The notes below the pieces were generated by a model, which did not search any database, was not told the DNA's origin, and was given only the letters and a program-made list of their open reading frames with translations. Below are positions 9,498-22,011 of a stretch of 35,791 bases of DNA, one piece after another; the first letter of the stretch is position 1, and each line of letters opens with the position of its first letter. The DNA is from Octopus bimaculoides (taxonomy: Eukaryota), in NCBI RefSeq assembly GCF_001194135.2, contig NC_068986.1, forward strand, positions 57,510,384-57,546,174. Reading direction: 5' to 3'. The position numbers and the translations under genes are program-made.

Positions 9498-9912
9498 GTG
9501 TCTGTATGTGTGTGGGTATTTATTTGTCTACGTGCGCTTGTATGACACATGCACGCACACAAATCGTATGTATCTGCAAAAGGCCCTTAAGAAACTTCGG
9601 GAGTGAATCTCCCAAAATTTCTTATGTTAGAAGGTTCTTTAGTTAGATATTGGAGTAGTCGTTCAATCCCTCTTAAATCACAACCCAATACATCGATTCA
9701 CATGAGACATCCGCCTCGGGCGATGATCTTATGGGTGCGGCACATTTGGATCTGCTGTATATAACTTATATGCTGAAGCAGGTGCGGCAAATCCACAGGT
9801 TACCCGGGTGGGACACAATAAAGCTACGCACAACCTTCGCTTCATATTGATAAAACTGAAAACAACACAGAATTGTCAACTTAATTACTAATAATTTAAA
9901 TTCACCCCATAA

Positions 9913-10129
9913 AGCGGCGAGCTGGCAGAATTATTAGCACGCCGGGCAGAATGCTTAGTGGCATTTCGTAAGTCATCACATTCTGAGTTCAAATTCCGAT
10001 GACGTTGACTGCGTCTGTTATATTTTCGGGATCGATAAAATAGGTACCAGTAAGAACACTTAGGGTCGATGTAATCGACTTACCCCTTTCACCAAAATTG
10101 CTAGCCTTGTACCAGTATTTGAATCCATT
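9913..10129 (+). mobile_element. Group A SINE, full length
   Basis: GCGGCGAGCTGGCAGAATTATTAGCACGCCGGGC..GAGTTCAAATTCC..GGGTCGATGTAATCGACTTAC..GCCTTGTACC. Confidence 0.88.
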
Positions 10130-10634
10130 AATTTTTACATATTCATCCCTCTTGCACATCTCCAGTCAAATATTGGTTCACTTAAAAATTCGTGTTTTGT
10201 CCGTTTCAGAATAATTTCATCAACGTTATGATTCATCTTTTCTTCACGACTCTAAGATCATATTACTTCAATGTATTTCCTGTCCACCACATCAAGTATG
10301 AGAAGCAGGATTTAACCACTCATACACACACATACAAAAACAAACATACATACACACATACACGTGTATGTGTGTGTGCTTGTGTGTGAATGTTTATGTA
10401 CATATAAATATGTATGTTTGAGTGTGCGTGTGTGTGTGAGCGCGCGCACATGTGTGTAGATTTGTTTGTGTGTTTTATTAGCAGATTTAATGAAACTGAA
10501 TTCATCAAAAGATGTTTCGTTTCGTTATTCGAGGGAAACGTCACTCCTGAACGTATCCTCAGAGTTACAGTGACATTCTGGGATAAAACTGGACCTTTGA
10601 ATTAAAGACGTAACACATGCACCTGGCTTCCATA

Positions 10635-10753
10635 CAATTGCCGTCTATCCATTTTACTCATAAAGCTGGCATTGTGTCCAAGACGGAATGCATTAAGATC
10701 GAACCGAACAGAACGCAAATACAGTCAGCTTTTTAACCATGCGAACTGCCTGC
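10635..10753 (-). mobile_element. Highly degenerate group B-like SINE head
   Basis: TTGCCGTCTATCCATTTTACTCATAAAGCT resembles TTTCCGTCTACCAAATCCACTCACAAAGCT. It ends in ..TTAACCATGCGAACTGCCTGC. Confidence 0.45.
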
Positions 10754-11126
10754 TCAACGATTTAGAAAAATTATGCACACACGCACCCGCATAAACACAC
10801 ACACACACATACGTACACACACACATACACACACTCTCTCTTTATCTGTCTCCCACACGCATATATATATAAGTGAGAGTGTGTGTGCAATATGAGTGTG
10901 TGGGTGTGTGTGCGTGTGCGGGCGCATATATATATATATATATATATTCGAAACGCCGGTGTTAAAACGGGGGTAGCTGATGAAGTAGAATGTTCTCTAT
11001 GTGGCTTGTGTGTTTTCTCGTCTACGTTTTGTTTGCAATGTCCTGTACCCAGATATGCACCTATACATACAGATGGATGTCGGTACGCACATACCTGTAC
11101 GTATATATGCATATACTCATTTACTA

Positions 11127-11130
11127 TTTG

Positions 11131-11192
<62 letters not shown>
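11127..11192 (+). repeat. (TA)n microsatellite
   Basis: Direct reading. Confidence 0.97.
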
Positions 11193-11197
<5 letters not shown>

Positions 11198-11667
11198 GCG
11201 GCACCTTGCGCTCTGGGTTACTCTTTGCTTTTTGAATGAATCTGCTAGACGACGAAGTAAGGAAGCCTGTTGCATGTATGAGTGTATATATGCATGTATG
11301 TGTGCGTGTGTGTGTATTTATGTGTGTGTTCAAGTGTATGTAACCGTGTATGTCTTTATATCCGTCTTCCATTGCCACTTTACAACCGGAGTTTATATTA
11401 CTGTAACTAAGCGCCCCCTCCCCCAAAAAAGGAAATAGAAAAAAAAAGACCAATACGTACCAAACTTTAAGAAGAACAAGTAATGTTGTCAATCTGTTCA
11501 AATTAAACGTTAAACTCTTCAAAACGGTGCCCTGACATACTCGCAGTCCAGTGTCTGAAACAATTAAAAGGTAAAAAGATAAAATTACATACATGCATAC
11601 GTATGTATGTATGCATGTATGTATGTATGTATGCATGTATTTGTGTGTGCGTGTATACATAAAAGAC

Positions 11668-11972
11668 TCCCGCCCTTTCGGTCATGAATGACCATGGATT
11701 GCCCTTAGAAAGTCCCCCTTCAAGGCACCAGTCTGGGCAATGTTGTTTATGGAAGACCAGTCTCCCTTTTCCATGCCACCGATGTTATCCAAGGGAGACG
11801 CCAAAGGCCGATACTGATTGGCACCAGTCACGTGGCAACTCATTTCTACAGCTGAATGAACTGGAGCAACGTGAAATAAACTGTCCTGCTCAAGAACACA
11901 TTACATAGTTGGTCCGGGAATCGAACTCACTATCTCATGATTGTGAGCCCGACACCCTAACCACTGAACCAT
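11668..11972 (-). mobile_element. Group C tRNA-derived SINE (tail type 2)
   Basis: The minus strand reads GGTTCAGTGGTTAGGGTGTCGGGCTCAC..GAGTTCGATTCCCGG (A/B-box-like), TGTGTTCTTGAGCAGGACA and TTGCTCCAGTTCATTCAGCTGTAGAAAATGAG. Confidence 0.8.
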
Positions 11973-11995
11973 ATATATATATATATATATATATA

Positions 11996-12829
11996 NNNNN
12001 NNNNNNNNNNNNNNNNNNNNNNNNNNNNNNNNNNNNNNNNNNNNNNNNNNNNNNNNNNNNNNNNNNNNNNNNNNNNNNNNNNNNNNNNNNNNNNNNNNNN
12101 NNNNNNNNNNNNNNNNNNNNNNNNNNNNNNNNNNNNNNNNNNNNNNNNNNNNNNNNNNNNNNNNNNNNNNNNNNNNNNNNNNNNNNNNNNNNNNNNNNNN
12201 NNNNNNNNNNNNNNNNNNNNNNNNNNNNNNNNNNNNNNNNNNNNNNNNNNNNNNNNNNNNNNNNNNNNNNNNNNNNNNNNNNNNNNNNNNNNNNNNNNNN
12301 NNNNNNNNNNNNNNNNNNNNNNNNNNNNNNNNNNNNNNNNNNNNNNNNNNNNNNNNNNNNNNNNNNNNNNNNNNNNNNNNNNNNNNNNNNNNNNNNNNNN
12401 NNNNNNNNNNNNNNNNNNNNNNNNNNNNNNNNNNNNNNNNNNNNNNNNNNNNNNNNNNNNNNNNNNNNNNNNNNNNNNNNNNNNNNNNNNNNNNNNNNNN
12501 NNNNNNNNNNNNNNNNNNNNNNNNNNNNNNNNNNNNNNNNNNNNNNNNNNNNNNNNNNNNNNNNNNNNNNNNNNNNNNNNNNNNNNNNNNNNNNNNNNNN
12601 NNNNNNNNNNNNNNNNNNNNNNNNNNNNNNNNNNNNNNNNNNNNNNNNNNNNNNNNNNNNNNNNNNNNNNNNNNNNNNNNNNNNNNNNNNNNNNNNNNNN
12701 NNNNNNNNNNNNNNNNNNNNNNNNNNNNNNNNNNNNNNNNNNNNNNNNNNNNNNNNNNNNNNNNNNNNNNNNNNNNNNNNNNNNNNNNNNNNNNNNNNNN
12801 NNNNNNNNNNNNNNNNNNNNNNNNNNNNN
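11996..12829. other. Assembly gap (N run)
   Basis: N run after an (AT)n tract. Confidence 1.
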
Positions 12830-13116
12830 GTATCCTTCTCTCTCTCTCCCTCCCTTTCTCTCTTTTACACGCGCACGGCTCTTGTCTATTCTGGCTCTAA
12901 CTTCTCTGTATCCCTCTCTCTCTTTTTTTTTATCTTATCTTTTATATGTTGATATCATTGCCAAGTTTCTTATGCTTTGTCCCTATCATTGTCTCTGTTC
13001 CTCTCTCTACCCCCCTCTTTAAACACACTCTAGCACGCATAGATATATATTCATGGATGATATATATATATATATATACACATACATATAAATACATACA
13101 CACTCACGCGCACACA

Positions 13117-13156
<40 letters not shown>

Positions 13157-13984
13157 AAAATGTGTGTGTATGTATGTATTATATATGTATATTTCGATAT
13201 GCATTTGCTGTTTCAGACCTGTTGAGACATATAATATGCTTGTACACAGGCAACGATAGTAACTAAATAGATTTTTGCCCGGACTCCATCACCCCAGAAA
13301 ACACTCTACATTATAGTCGCCCTCCAACCCCATCTCGGTAGCATCAACACCTCACTCATATATATATTATATATGTGTGTATGTGTGTGTGCGTGTGCGG
13401 GTGCGGGTGTGTTCTTTCCATCCCACTCCTTCCCATTAACGTATACATTTTTCATTTTATTCTCTCACCTTTCACCTAAAGAAGAAGTAGATAAATAAAT
13501 AAATATATACAAATAAAGAAGTGGAAATAAAAAAGAAATAAAACACCATGGCAATAACGTTTGTCTGTCATCGGTTAGTGATGACCCTTTGGTCAGTTAA
13601 TTTATAGAAGAAATGTGTGAATTTAATGTCTTTTAGCAGGTGCTTCTATAATGACACAGTGGCCCCGTTATGAATTTGTTTCCTCTTTGCCTTGTTTATA
13701 TATTCTACTTATCTCATACTATCTACTTTGAGTTGCAGGATTCATTTTTAAGTTTTTAAAGCTCATTTATTCTTTATTATATTTGTTTTTCGTGAGAGAA
13801 GGAGAGCACCGCGGCAGATTAAAGGCAAGTGCTAGTTGTCCCGAATCTGTTAAAGATTTTCTGTGAGTGAGAAGGAATATTTTCTTATACTAAAAAACGC
13901 GACTGTAATTTGGAAAATCAAGAACTTTCACAATCACTGAAGTCTTATTGCTTCAATAATGAATATATAATAACCTTGAACTAT

Positions 13985-14220
13985 GAGGCAGCGAATAGAC
14001 AAAATTGTTTGAGCATCGGTTAGAATGCTCTACTGTAGTTTTCCAGCTCTCCAGGCTCTACATTCAATTGCTGCATAATTTAACTTTCTTTCGGACTCAA
14101 TAAATAAAATATCATTCAAGGGTGGCATATTATTTTAACTGTTAGAGCATCGAATGCGATATATTGCGATATCTTTTTCAGCTCTTTTTGATCTGATTTC
14201 AGATTCACAGTGGTAGGTTT
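13985..14220 (+). mobile_element. Two very old group A-like SINE remnants in tandem
   Basis: Weak matches to the head (GAGGCAGCGAATAGACAAAA.., GTTAGAGCATCG) and to the ..CTTTCTTTCGGACTCAATAAATAAA segment. Confidence 0.35.
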
Positions 14221-14729
14221 CTGCTCTCTTACAGAACAACGCAACGATTGGAGCAATATCTCTGGTTGCATCAATAAAATGAGCTAACCCACCACAAAGT
14301 GAGATTACGGATAAACATTTTTAAAAATTAAATATCGTACATGAGAACAACTCACTTTTTGTTGCAAAATATGTGGAGCCGTTGCTGTATATTACCCGAT
14401 ACAACGGTTCACGTACTGATTTCGATTCCAGTTCGATCTGTTTTCTTATATTTCTCAGCTTGACTTAACAAAAAATATTAAAATAACAATTTCGTATTTC
14501 ATTCATACGTTATAATTCCGTTGACTTTTGTTAACGTGCGACAACCTATTATATATTTCAGGATGGTAGTGTTAGTGGTTGTGATGGTAATTAAAATGTG
14601 ATGTTTCGAAGTGCAGTTATGATTCATATTATATACTAGATGTTATAATAATCTATTTAAATACTCTGCACTTCTTTCCGATAAAAATTTAAATATTAAA
14701 ATTTAGAATGCATGCACTGGTTGACTGTA

Positions 14730-14930
14730 CAAGGCATATTGTTTGGCAGAATCGTTATATACCCAGACAAAATACCTTATGATATATGTTGCTGCCAGAG
14801 CAATTTTAACCTTTATTCTTCAGAAGTCAATGAAATATAATAACGGTCTTGGGCAGTGGATTGGCGGCGCGAAATGCTTTGACGTATTTGTTCCGGCTCT
14901 TTATGTTCTGAATTCACCTATTCACTTTTG
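14730..14930 (+). mobile_element. Degenerate group A-like SINE head fragments
   Basis: TGGCAGAATCGTTA..CCCAGACAAAATACCTTA and GGCGCGAAATGCTTTG..CTTTATGTTCTGAATTCA. Confidence 0.45.
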
Positions 14931-15106
14931 GCTACACTAGTGTCGTCCTGTTTCAGCCTTTGATTTTCCTTTAGATAAAACTAATGATATATACAGAGTA
15001 ATCTTGCTACGGGTAATACTGGTCTTCTTTCAAAGCACATATTATTCTTTTTAATAATTTCAGGTTTATAAAGTGGGAAGTTTTAAGTATTTTGATTAAA
15101 TGGTAG

Positions 15107-15232
15107 ACGGAGATGTGGCTGTGTGGCAAGAAGCTTGGTTCCAGACGACATGGTTCGGGGTTCAGTCCTTTTGACCAAATCCTTGTGAATAGATTTAGTA
15201 AACGGAAACTGAAAGAAGATCGTCTATATATG
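15107..15232 (+). mobile_element. Group B SINE, 5' module with an internal deletion
   Basis: GTGGCTGTGTGGCAAGAAGCTT..GGGTTCAGTCC joined to GACCAAATCCTTGTGA..ACGGAAACTGAAAGAAG. Confidence 0.75.
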
Positions 15233-15346
15233 CATATGTCTTGGATCGTATTATATATACTTTATGCTTTGTAGAACGATACATCAAAGAGTTTTTTCTA
15301 TTGGTACCACCGAATTAGTTGTATTCATATATTATATCTTAAATTT

Positions 15347-15394
<48 letters not shown>

Positions 15395-15408
15395 TTGCCG
15401 ATAGAATA

Positions 15409-15874
15409 NNNNNNNNNNNNNNNNNNNNNNNNNNNNNNNNNNNNNNNNNNNNNNNNNNNNNNNNNNNNNNNNNNNNNNNNNNNNNNNNNNNNNNNNNNNN
15501 NNNNNNNNNNNNNNNNNNNNNNNNNNNNNNNNNNNNNNNNNNNNNNNNNNNNNNNNNNNNNNNNNNNNNNNNNNNNNNNNNNNNNNNNNNNNNNNNNNNN
15601 NNNNNNNNNNNNNNNNNNNNNNNNNNNNNNNNNNNNNNNNNNNNNNNNNNNNNNNNNNNNNNNNNNNNNNNNNNNNNNNNNNNNNNNNNNNNNNNNNNNN
15701 NNNNNNNNNNNNNNNNNNNNNNNNNNNNNNNNNNNNNNNNNNNNNNNNNNNNNNNNNNNNNNNNNNNNNNNNNNNNNNNNNNNNNNNNNNNNNNNNNNNN
15801 NNNNNNNNNNNNNNNNNNNNNNNNNNNNNNNNNNNNNNNNNNNNNNNNNNNNNNNNNNNNNNNNNNNNNNNNNN
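15409..15874. other. Assembly gap (N run)
   Basis: N run. Confidence 1.
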
Positions 15875-15905
15875 CACACACATACATATATCGTTTACCT
15901 TTTAA

Positions 15906-16036
15906 CTTTTACTTGTTTCGGGCATTAGACTGCAGCCATGCTGGGGCACCGCCTTGAAGAATTTTAATTGAATGATTAAGCTTGGTACTTATTCTATCGA
16001 ACGCTTATGCTAAACTGCAAGATTAAGAGGTCGTAA

Positions 16037-16037
<1 letters not shown>
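15906..16037 (-). mobile_element. Group B SINE, 3' module
   Basis: CTTTTACTTGTTTC..GACTGCAGCCATGCTGGGGCACCGCCTT..GGTACTTATTCTATCG. Confidence 0.8.
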
Positions 16038-16086
<49 letters not shown>

Positions 16087-16207
16087 TTGCCGATAGAATA
16101 GATACAAGCTTTAAAAAAAAAAGTACCGGGGTCGAAACGTTCGATTAAAAATCCTTGAAGGCGGTGCTCCAGCATAGCCGCAGTCTAATGACTGAAACAA
16201 GTAAAAA
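16087..16207 (+). mobile_element. Group B SINE, 3' module
   Basis: CCGATAGAATA..GGGGTCGA..AAGGCGGTGCTCCAGCATAGCCGCAGTCTAATGACTGAAACAAGTAAAA. Confidence 0.82.
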
Positions 16208-16711
16208 GGAGAAAAAACAAACTATATATAACAATATCACTAGAGTGTCGATTTCAAATTCTGCTTAGGTCTGTTTTAACTTTTATACCTTGATAAAAAT
16301 AACACTAGTCGGTAAAAATTAAAAGTTGGGTTGGTTTAATCGATGACATGCACATGGAGGTGCTCCATCCTGGCCGTAAAATGGTAAGTGATGCAAAGTA
16401 AATCCATGTCTGATCAATCAATCTTAAACCCCTGCTAGCCCCTTATATACATCGATATAAAACTGATATTTTCAGATATTAATCCATAAATTATGTTACA
16501 GTGGGTGCTGCTGCCGTTCTTGCTGCTACTGCTGCCGTTGCTGCTGTTGCTGCTGCCGCTATGGCTATTCTTGCTGTTGTTTTGTTGTTGTTGTTTCTAT
16601 CATCTGTGTTTTCATTAAAAACTATATATTTATCTACTTATTCATGTTTCTTGATAACATAAGAATAGATGATATCAATACAAACAAGCAGGTAAACAAA
16701 TGAACAAGGCA

Positions 16712-16712
<1 letters not shown>

Positions 16713-16768
<56 letters not shown>
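16713..16768 (+). repeat. (CTA)n microsatellite
   Basis: Direct reading. Confidence 0.97.
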
Positions 16769-16769
<1 letters not shown>

Positions 16770-16954
16770 GTTATACCGCACAAACACAAACATTAATAAG
16801 CAAAATAGCAATAATGAGAATGTCGTCATAAAACTTATCACTTAGTATTCTCCCGAACTGTATAAAGACGTATTCTTGGAAGAAGAAACGATAAATATTT
16901 ACATACAAACGTGCATGCATATATACATACACATCTGTCAGTCTCTCTCTTTCC

Positions 16955-16992
<38 letters not shown>

Positions 16993-17242
16993 NNNNNNNN
17001 NNNNNNNNNNNNNNNNNNNNNNNNNNNNNNNNNNNNNNNNNNNNNNNNNNNNNNNNNNNNNNNNNNNNNNNNNNNNNNNNNNNNNNNNNNNNNNNNNNNN
17101 NNNNNNNNNNNNNNNNNNNNNNNNNNNNNNNNNNNNNNNNNNNNNNNNNNNNNNNNNNNNNNNNNNNNNNNNNNNNNNNNNNNNNNNNNNNNNNNNNNNN
17201 NNNNNNNNNNNNNNNNNNNNNNNNNNNNNNNNNNNNNNNNNN
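16993..17242. other. Assembly gap (N run)
   Basis: N run between (TC)n and (AT)n/(GATA)n tracts. Confidence 1.
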
Positions 17243-17252
17243 ATATATATAT

Positions 17253-17288
<36 letters not shown>

Positions 17289-18775
17289 GGAATAGATAAA
17301 CAGACATGTATATATAAATACGTATAAGTGTGTATATATATATAACACACACACACACACACACAACACATAACATATCTAAATATACTTATATCAGTGT
17401 AACTAAGTGTGTACGCATATGCATCGTAACAAAACCATGCATCCCTCTTTTTAAATGATCTATTCATCAATTTGATATTCTTCTCAGAAAATTTCTATAT
17501 TGTTGACAATTTTATCGGCATTTCTGCAGCTATAATGCATTATTTATTAAGGCATTATAAATTTTATGTTTGCTTCGAAACCAAATATATGTACATTTTA
17601 ATGTTTTCAGTGGAAGAAGACAAATTTATTAGGGTTATTCAATTTAATAAAATAAATATTATAAATATATTCAAAAGGCTATCTCTTTTAAAATATAACA
17701 TTCCCTCAAACAATATAAAAGTGGCTGCAGTTTTCGCATTTTCTTCTGTCTTGAAATTCTATGCAAAGTACTCGAAGCATCTTTCCGTTTTTCCTCATTC
17801 AGATTATATGTATAGCTCCTATAGATAATGTATCCACCAATCTATTTATCATGGATACACAAATACACACACGTAAAAAGACATACATACACATACACAT
17901 ACTTACACATACACACAGATATATATCGGATTAATTAATAAGAATATATATTAGGAAGTCAACCAATATTCAAAAATAGATTAACATTAGTAGTTTAATA
18001 GTATTAATTATAAAAACGACTCTGAGTTTAAATTCGATATTGTTGAAGTTTCTTATTGTCTTCAAATTACTCTTAATAAGAGACTGAAATTCTCTAAGAC
18101 ATAACAATATAGATATGAAGGTTCTACTCGTCCTTTCAGAGATCAGACTCATAGTTGCAATCGTTGTCAGCACGGAGTTATTTGCCAGCTCAGAGAAATG
18201 CGATGTTGTGTAATATAAATGTATACTCTACATATACTGAGTAAAAAAAATTATCACTACAAACGTCGGTTTATTTGGAGATAATAGTTTGGCTGTATTC
18301 CAACAAGTCGGTGGACATTTTTGTCTATTTCTTGGAAATACCTCATTAATAACTTCAGATATATCGCCCTAAGTCATTGTCACTAGCTAAATTTCTTTAA
18401 TGTTACCCTTAACTTTCCAACAAATGAACAGGAACTTATACTAAACCTAATTCAAAACTCATATTAAGTATAGACATCCTTAGCTTTCAAAAATACTGGT
18501 ATTGATAGAAATAACTTCAAACTGTGGTCAGATAAAATGAGAAGCTTCTGTTTATGTGTGTTTATTGCGTTGTCTCCATGGGAGGCTATAGCATTCATGG
18601 TGTAGCTGACCTTGTAATCCGTTTATCTAGTTTACCACGACACTGTCAGTATATCAGTTACCCACACACATCTCATGTTTTTACAGGGGTTTGGCCTTGG
18701 CAGTCTCACGTATTATGAACGGCCACACCAAGAATAGATTCATAAATGATCTGATATGCTTTTCTTTTATTCTCT

Positions 18776-18987
18776 TATTCTTTTACTTGTTTCAGTAATT
18801 TGACTGTGACCATGCTGGGGCACCGCCTTTAGTCGAACAAATCGACCCTAGGACTTATTCTTTGTTAGCCTAGTACTTATTCTATCGTTCTCTTTTGTCA
18901 ACCGCTAGGTTACGGAGACGTAAACACACCAGCATCGGTTGTCAAGTGAAGTTGGGAGGACAAACACTGACACAAACACACACACAC

Positions 18988-19020
<33 letters not shown>

Positions 19021-19376
19021 CGACGGGCTTCTTTCAGTTTCCGTCTACCAAATCCACTCACAAAGCTTTGGTCGGCCCGAGGCTATAGTACATGGCACTT
19101 GCCCAATGTGTCATGCAGTGCGACTGAACCCGAAACCGTGTAGTTGGTAAGCAAGCTACTTTATTTCATTTAATTGGATATAAAAGCCGTACATAGAGGT
19201 AGTAGCTGCGGGCTGGACAAGAACTCAATGATGATGGAATGAAAGAAATGGTTGGTGGGAGAAGCAAACAACGCCCGCCGATTGTTGCATTCTCGAAAAC
19301 ATTGTTCTCTCTTGTTTTTTTTTTAAACAACAAAACAAAATGAGGTAGTAAACCTCACACAGCCACTCCTGCACCT
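18776..19376 (-). mobile_element. Group B composite SINE, full length, interrupted in its head by a 194-bp insert
   Basis: Colinear with 6433-6950. GCAAGCTACTT ends at 19161 and CACACAGCCACTCCTGCACCT resumes at 19356. Confidence 0.9.
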
Positions 19377-21189
19377 AACTTATTCAAAGTGTCTACATTA
19401 AATATAATGATCTCGGCTATCCTAACAATACCTAATTCTTTGATATTGCAATAGATCGTAGTACACGTAAACACATACTTCAAAAGGAGACGAATACCAC
19501 TAAGAACTTCAATTATCATCATCTCCAGCTATAATCAGGAACCTAGTTGCAGGCACAAGCACAAAAGACTTTTATTCCCTGAGAGAAAAATTTTCGATTG
19601 TATCCTGTAGGGAGGTTTCAATGAGATGAGAAATTCGCCCACTCAGCACCCAGAGGAGTGGTAAAAGAAATCTTGTTTAATCTTCCCCATAATTCAGGTT
19701 TCTCATATTGCTGGGAACGTTCACTCTCTTGTATGGTACCTATTTCGGTCCAAAAACATTTTTCACAGGCGTTTCAATGCACTTAGTGCTAAATTTAGAT
19801 ATTTTAACCCTGATTGTGTTGCTCCGAGCATTACTTTCTTCAACGTAGAGTAGATATCGGGACTGTTCTCACTCTATCAACCCACTCGCTATTTCCGAAA
19901 TCGAACCATTTGTTTTTTTGAGAAGATTTTGCTCTTCCAATGCCATGGTATATGGAGTGACATTTATCCAACTAGCTGGTATCCAGAAAATCTATATAGG
20001 AACTTCTAACGTCTACAAAGGATTAGTGTAACTAAATCTGATCTCCTTCAGGTAAAGGGCATAATGAACACCATTTCACTCTCCCATTTCATTTGACACT
20101 ATATTCTGGAGCCTCTCCATACTTCAATTGATTGTTTTTGAAGGTTCTCTTTTTCCAAGAAAACTTGTATCACTTAACAGAAAAATCTAAGTGATTTTCA
20201 AAATTTTATCCTGGGACTAGTCGACTGGCTCGGAAAATAATGTTGCGAAAATCGGGCAATTAATTTCTTTAGAAACAAAATTTAATCACACGCGAATTGC
20301 TTCTCTATATACTAGTAGCGGTTCTACAATTTTAAAACACATCGCAGTTTTTTATGCAATTATGTATCTCTGTAACTTCAAACGGGTCAGTGTATCAACA
20401 AGGATCCATCTTTTAAGCCGAATGCAATTAAAGCTCCATTTTAAAAAAAATATTGGCTCTGTCACACGTACTTTTGTTCCTATAAAATTTTGAGTAATAG
20501 TCAGCCAATTCTTCAACTTCCTACCTACAAATATATGTAAACTACATGATGTATAGAAAGGTAATGTTTTGCTTCTACACATATACAAGTAGAAGCACAT
20601 ATACACACACATAAACACGTACATACACACACAAACAGACACATATATATCCATCTAACTTGTGAAGATGATGTCGGACACTGTTTTCGGATAAGCACTT
20701 CATCGTGTTGTATAAAAGCTTACATTCTTAAGGAAAAGAAATCAAAATACCTGCACATAGAGTTATTATAGTTTTAAGCAACAGCCACACATAGCTTTTA
20801 CCCGACAGACATACAAGTTTTCCACTAGATGATTGAACTGAATGTGACAGGTGGTGAGTATGGAAAATATTTCAGTGATGTACTACTTATAGACCGCACA
20901 CAATCGCACATATACGCGCGCGCGCACACACACATACACACACAACACATATATTATAGCTGTTAACATACATATACAAATGTTTCATATCAAATTCGCA
21001 GTTCGAGCTAATGACATTCTCTTGCTATATATGAATCACACACACACATGAGCGCGCGCACACACACTCACACACATACACACGCGCACACACTCACACA
21101 CACGCACACACACACACACACAGACACACACACACACACCTTTAAAAGCGCTTATTACTTAGGTATATATGAGTACATACATAGTATGA

Positions 21190-21370
21190 CTGGAAGGAAA
21201 TCTCCCCTCAATCTAGCGAGGAAAGGAAGTTCGTACATTAAGTTATTATTGAAAACTGTAATATTAGGAATGGATTAATTGTCAGTTATTGCCAAAAAAT
21301 TCACACTGAAATATCAACAAAAAATTAGAACAGATGTATTTGTAAGCGACACCATATCTGATCCTGTTTC
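21190..21370. other. Diverged local duplication, copy 1 (partner 25254-25420)
   Basis: Exact ordered blocks CTGGAAGGAAATCT, GTTATTATTGAAA, GATTAATTGTCAG and GAAATATC with similar spacing in both copies. Confidence 0.75.
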
Positions 21371-21751
21371 GTAAGCAACTCAGGGTAACGTAATTGTGTG
21401 AAACAGAGAGAGAGAAAAAAGAGACAGACAGACAGAAAGACAGAGATTGAGGGAGAGGAGGGGGAGAGATGGATAGATAGAAAGGAAAAGAAAGAAAAGA
21501 TTCGACCAAGTACAGGAAGAACTAGTACTTTTACAGTTAGAGCGCAGACGGCAGGAAAGAATAACGCGAATCAATCTCGTTGAAACTAACGATACGTCGC
21601 ATTTACCGTCTTTTGTATGTATGTATGTATGTATGAATGTATGTATGTATGCATGCATGAATGTATGTATGTATGTATGTATGTATGAATGAATGTACGT
21701 ATGAATGAATATATCTATGAGTGTATAAGTATTTAATAATTATATATGATA

Positions 21752-21973
21752 GGGCGGCGAGATGACAGAACCGTTAACATACCGGGTGAAATACTTAGCA
21801 GCATTTCGTCTGTCTTTTCGTTGTGAGTTCTAATTCCGCCGATATCGACTTTATCTTTTATCCCTTTCGAAGTCGATAAAATAAGCACCAGTTGAGCACT
21901 GGTATCGATGTAATTGACTTACCCTCACCCCCACGAAATAGCTGGCTTTGTACCAAAATTGGAAACCAATAAT
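21752..21973 (+). mobile_element. Group A SINE, full length
   Basis: GGGCGGCGAGATGACAGAA..GAGTTCTAATTCCGCC..GTCGATAAAATAAGCACCAGTTGAGCACTGG..TGTACCAAAATTGGAAACC. Confidence 0.85.
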
Positions 21974-22011
21974 TCTTCAATGTGATGTATTTTATATATT
22001 CTTTTATCCTT

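Noticed and set aside
10949-10983. CGAAAC and CTGATGA within 35 nt (type II hammerhead order)
   Set aside because: Stems I and II cannot be paired.
11900-11972. tRNA genes at SINE heads
   Set aside because: A/B-box-like motifs run directly into SINE bodies, and no complete cloverleaf or acceptor stem could be built.
19195-19357. let-7 precursor gene
   Set aside because: Only the first 10-11 nt match, and no ~60-nt hairpin or star arm is present. It is interpreted as target-like sites instead.
19500-20040. Minus-strand frame with ..FLIIAGDDDN, resembling the LINE endonuclease GDFN motif
   Set aside because: The motif is imperfect, there are several stops, and no other endonuclease or RT motif is visible. 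It needs an HMM search.
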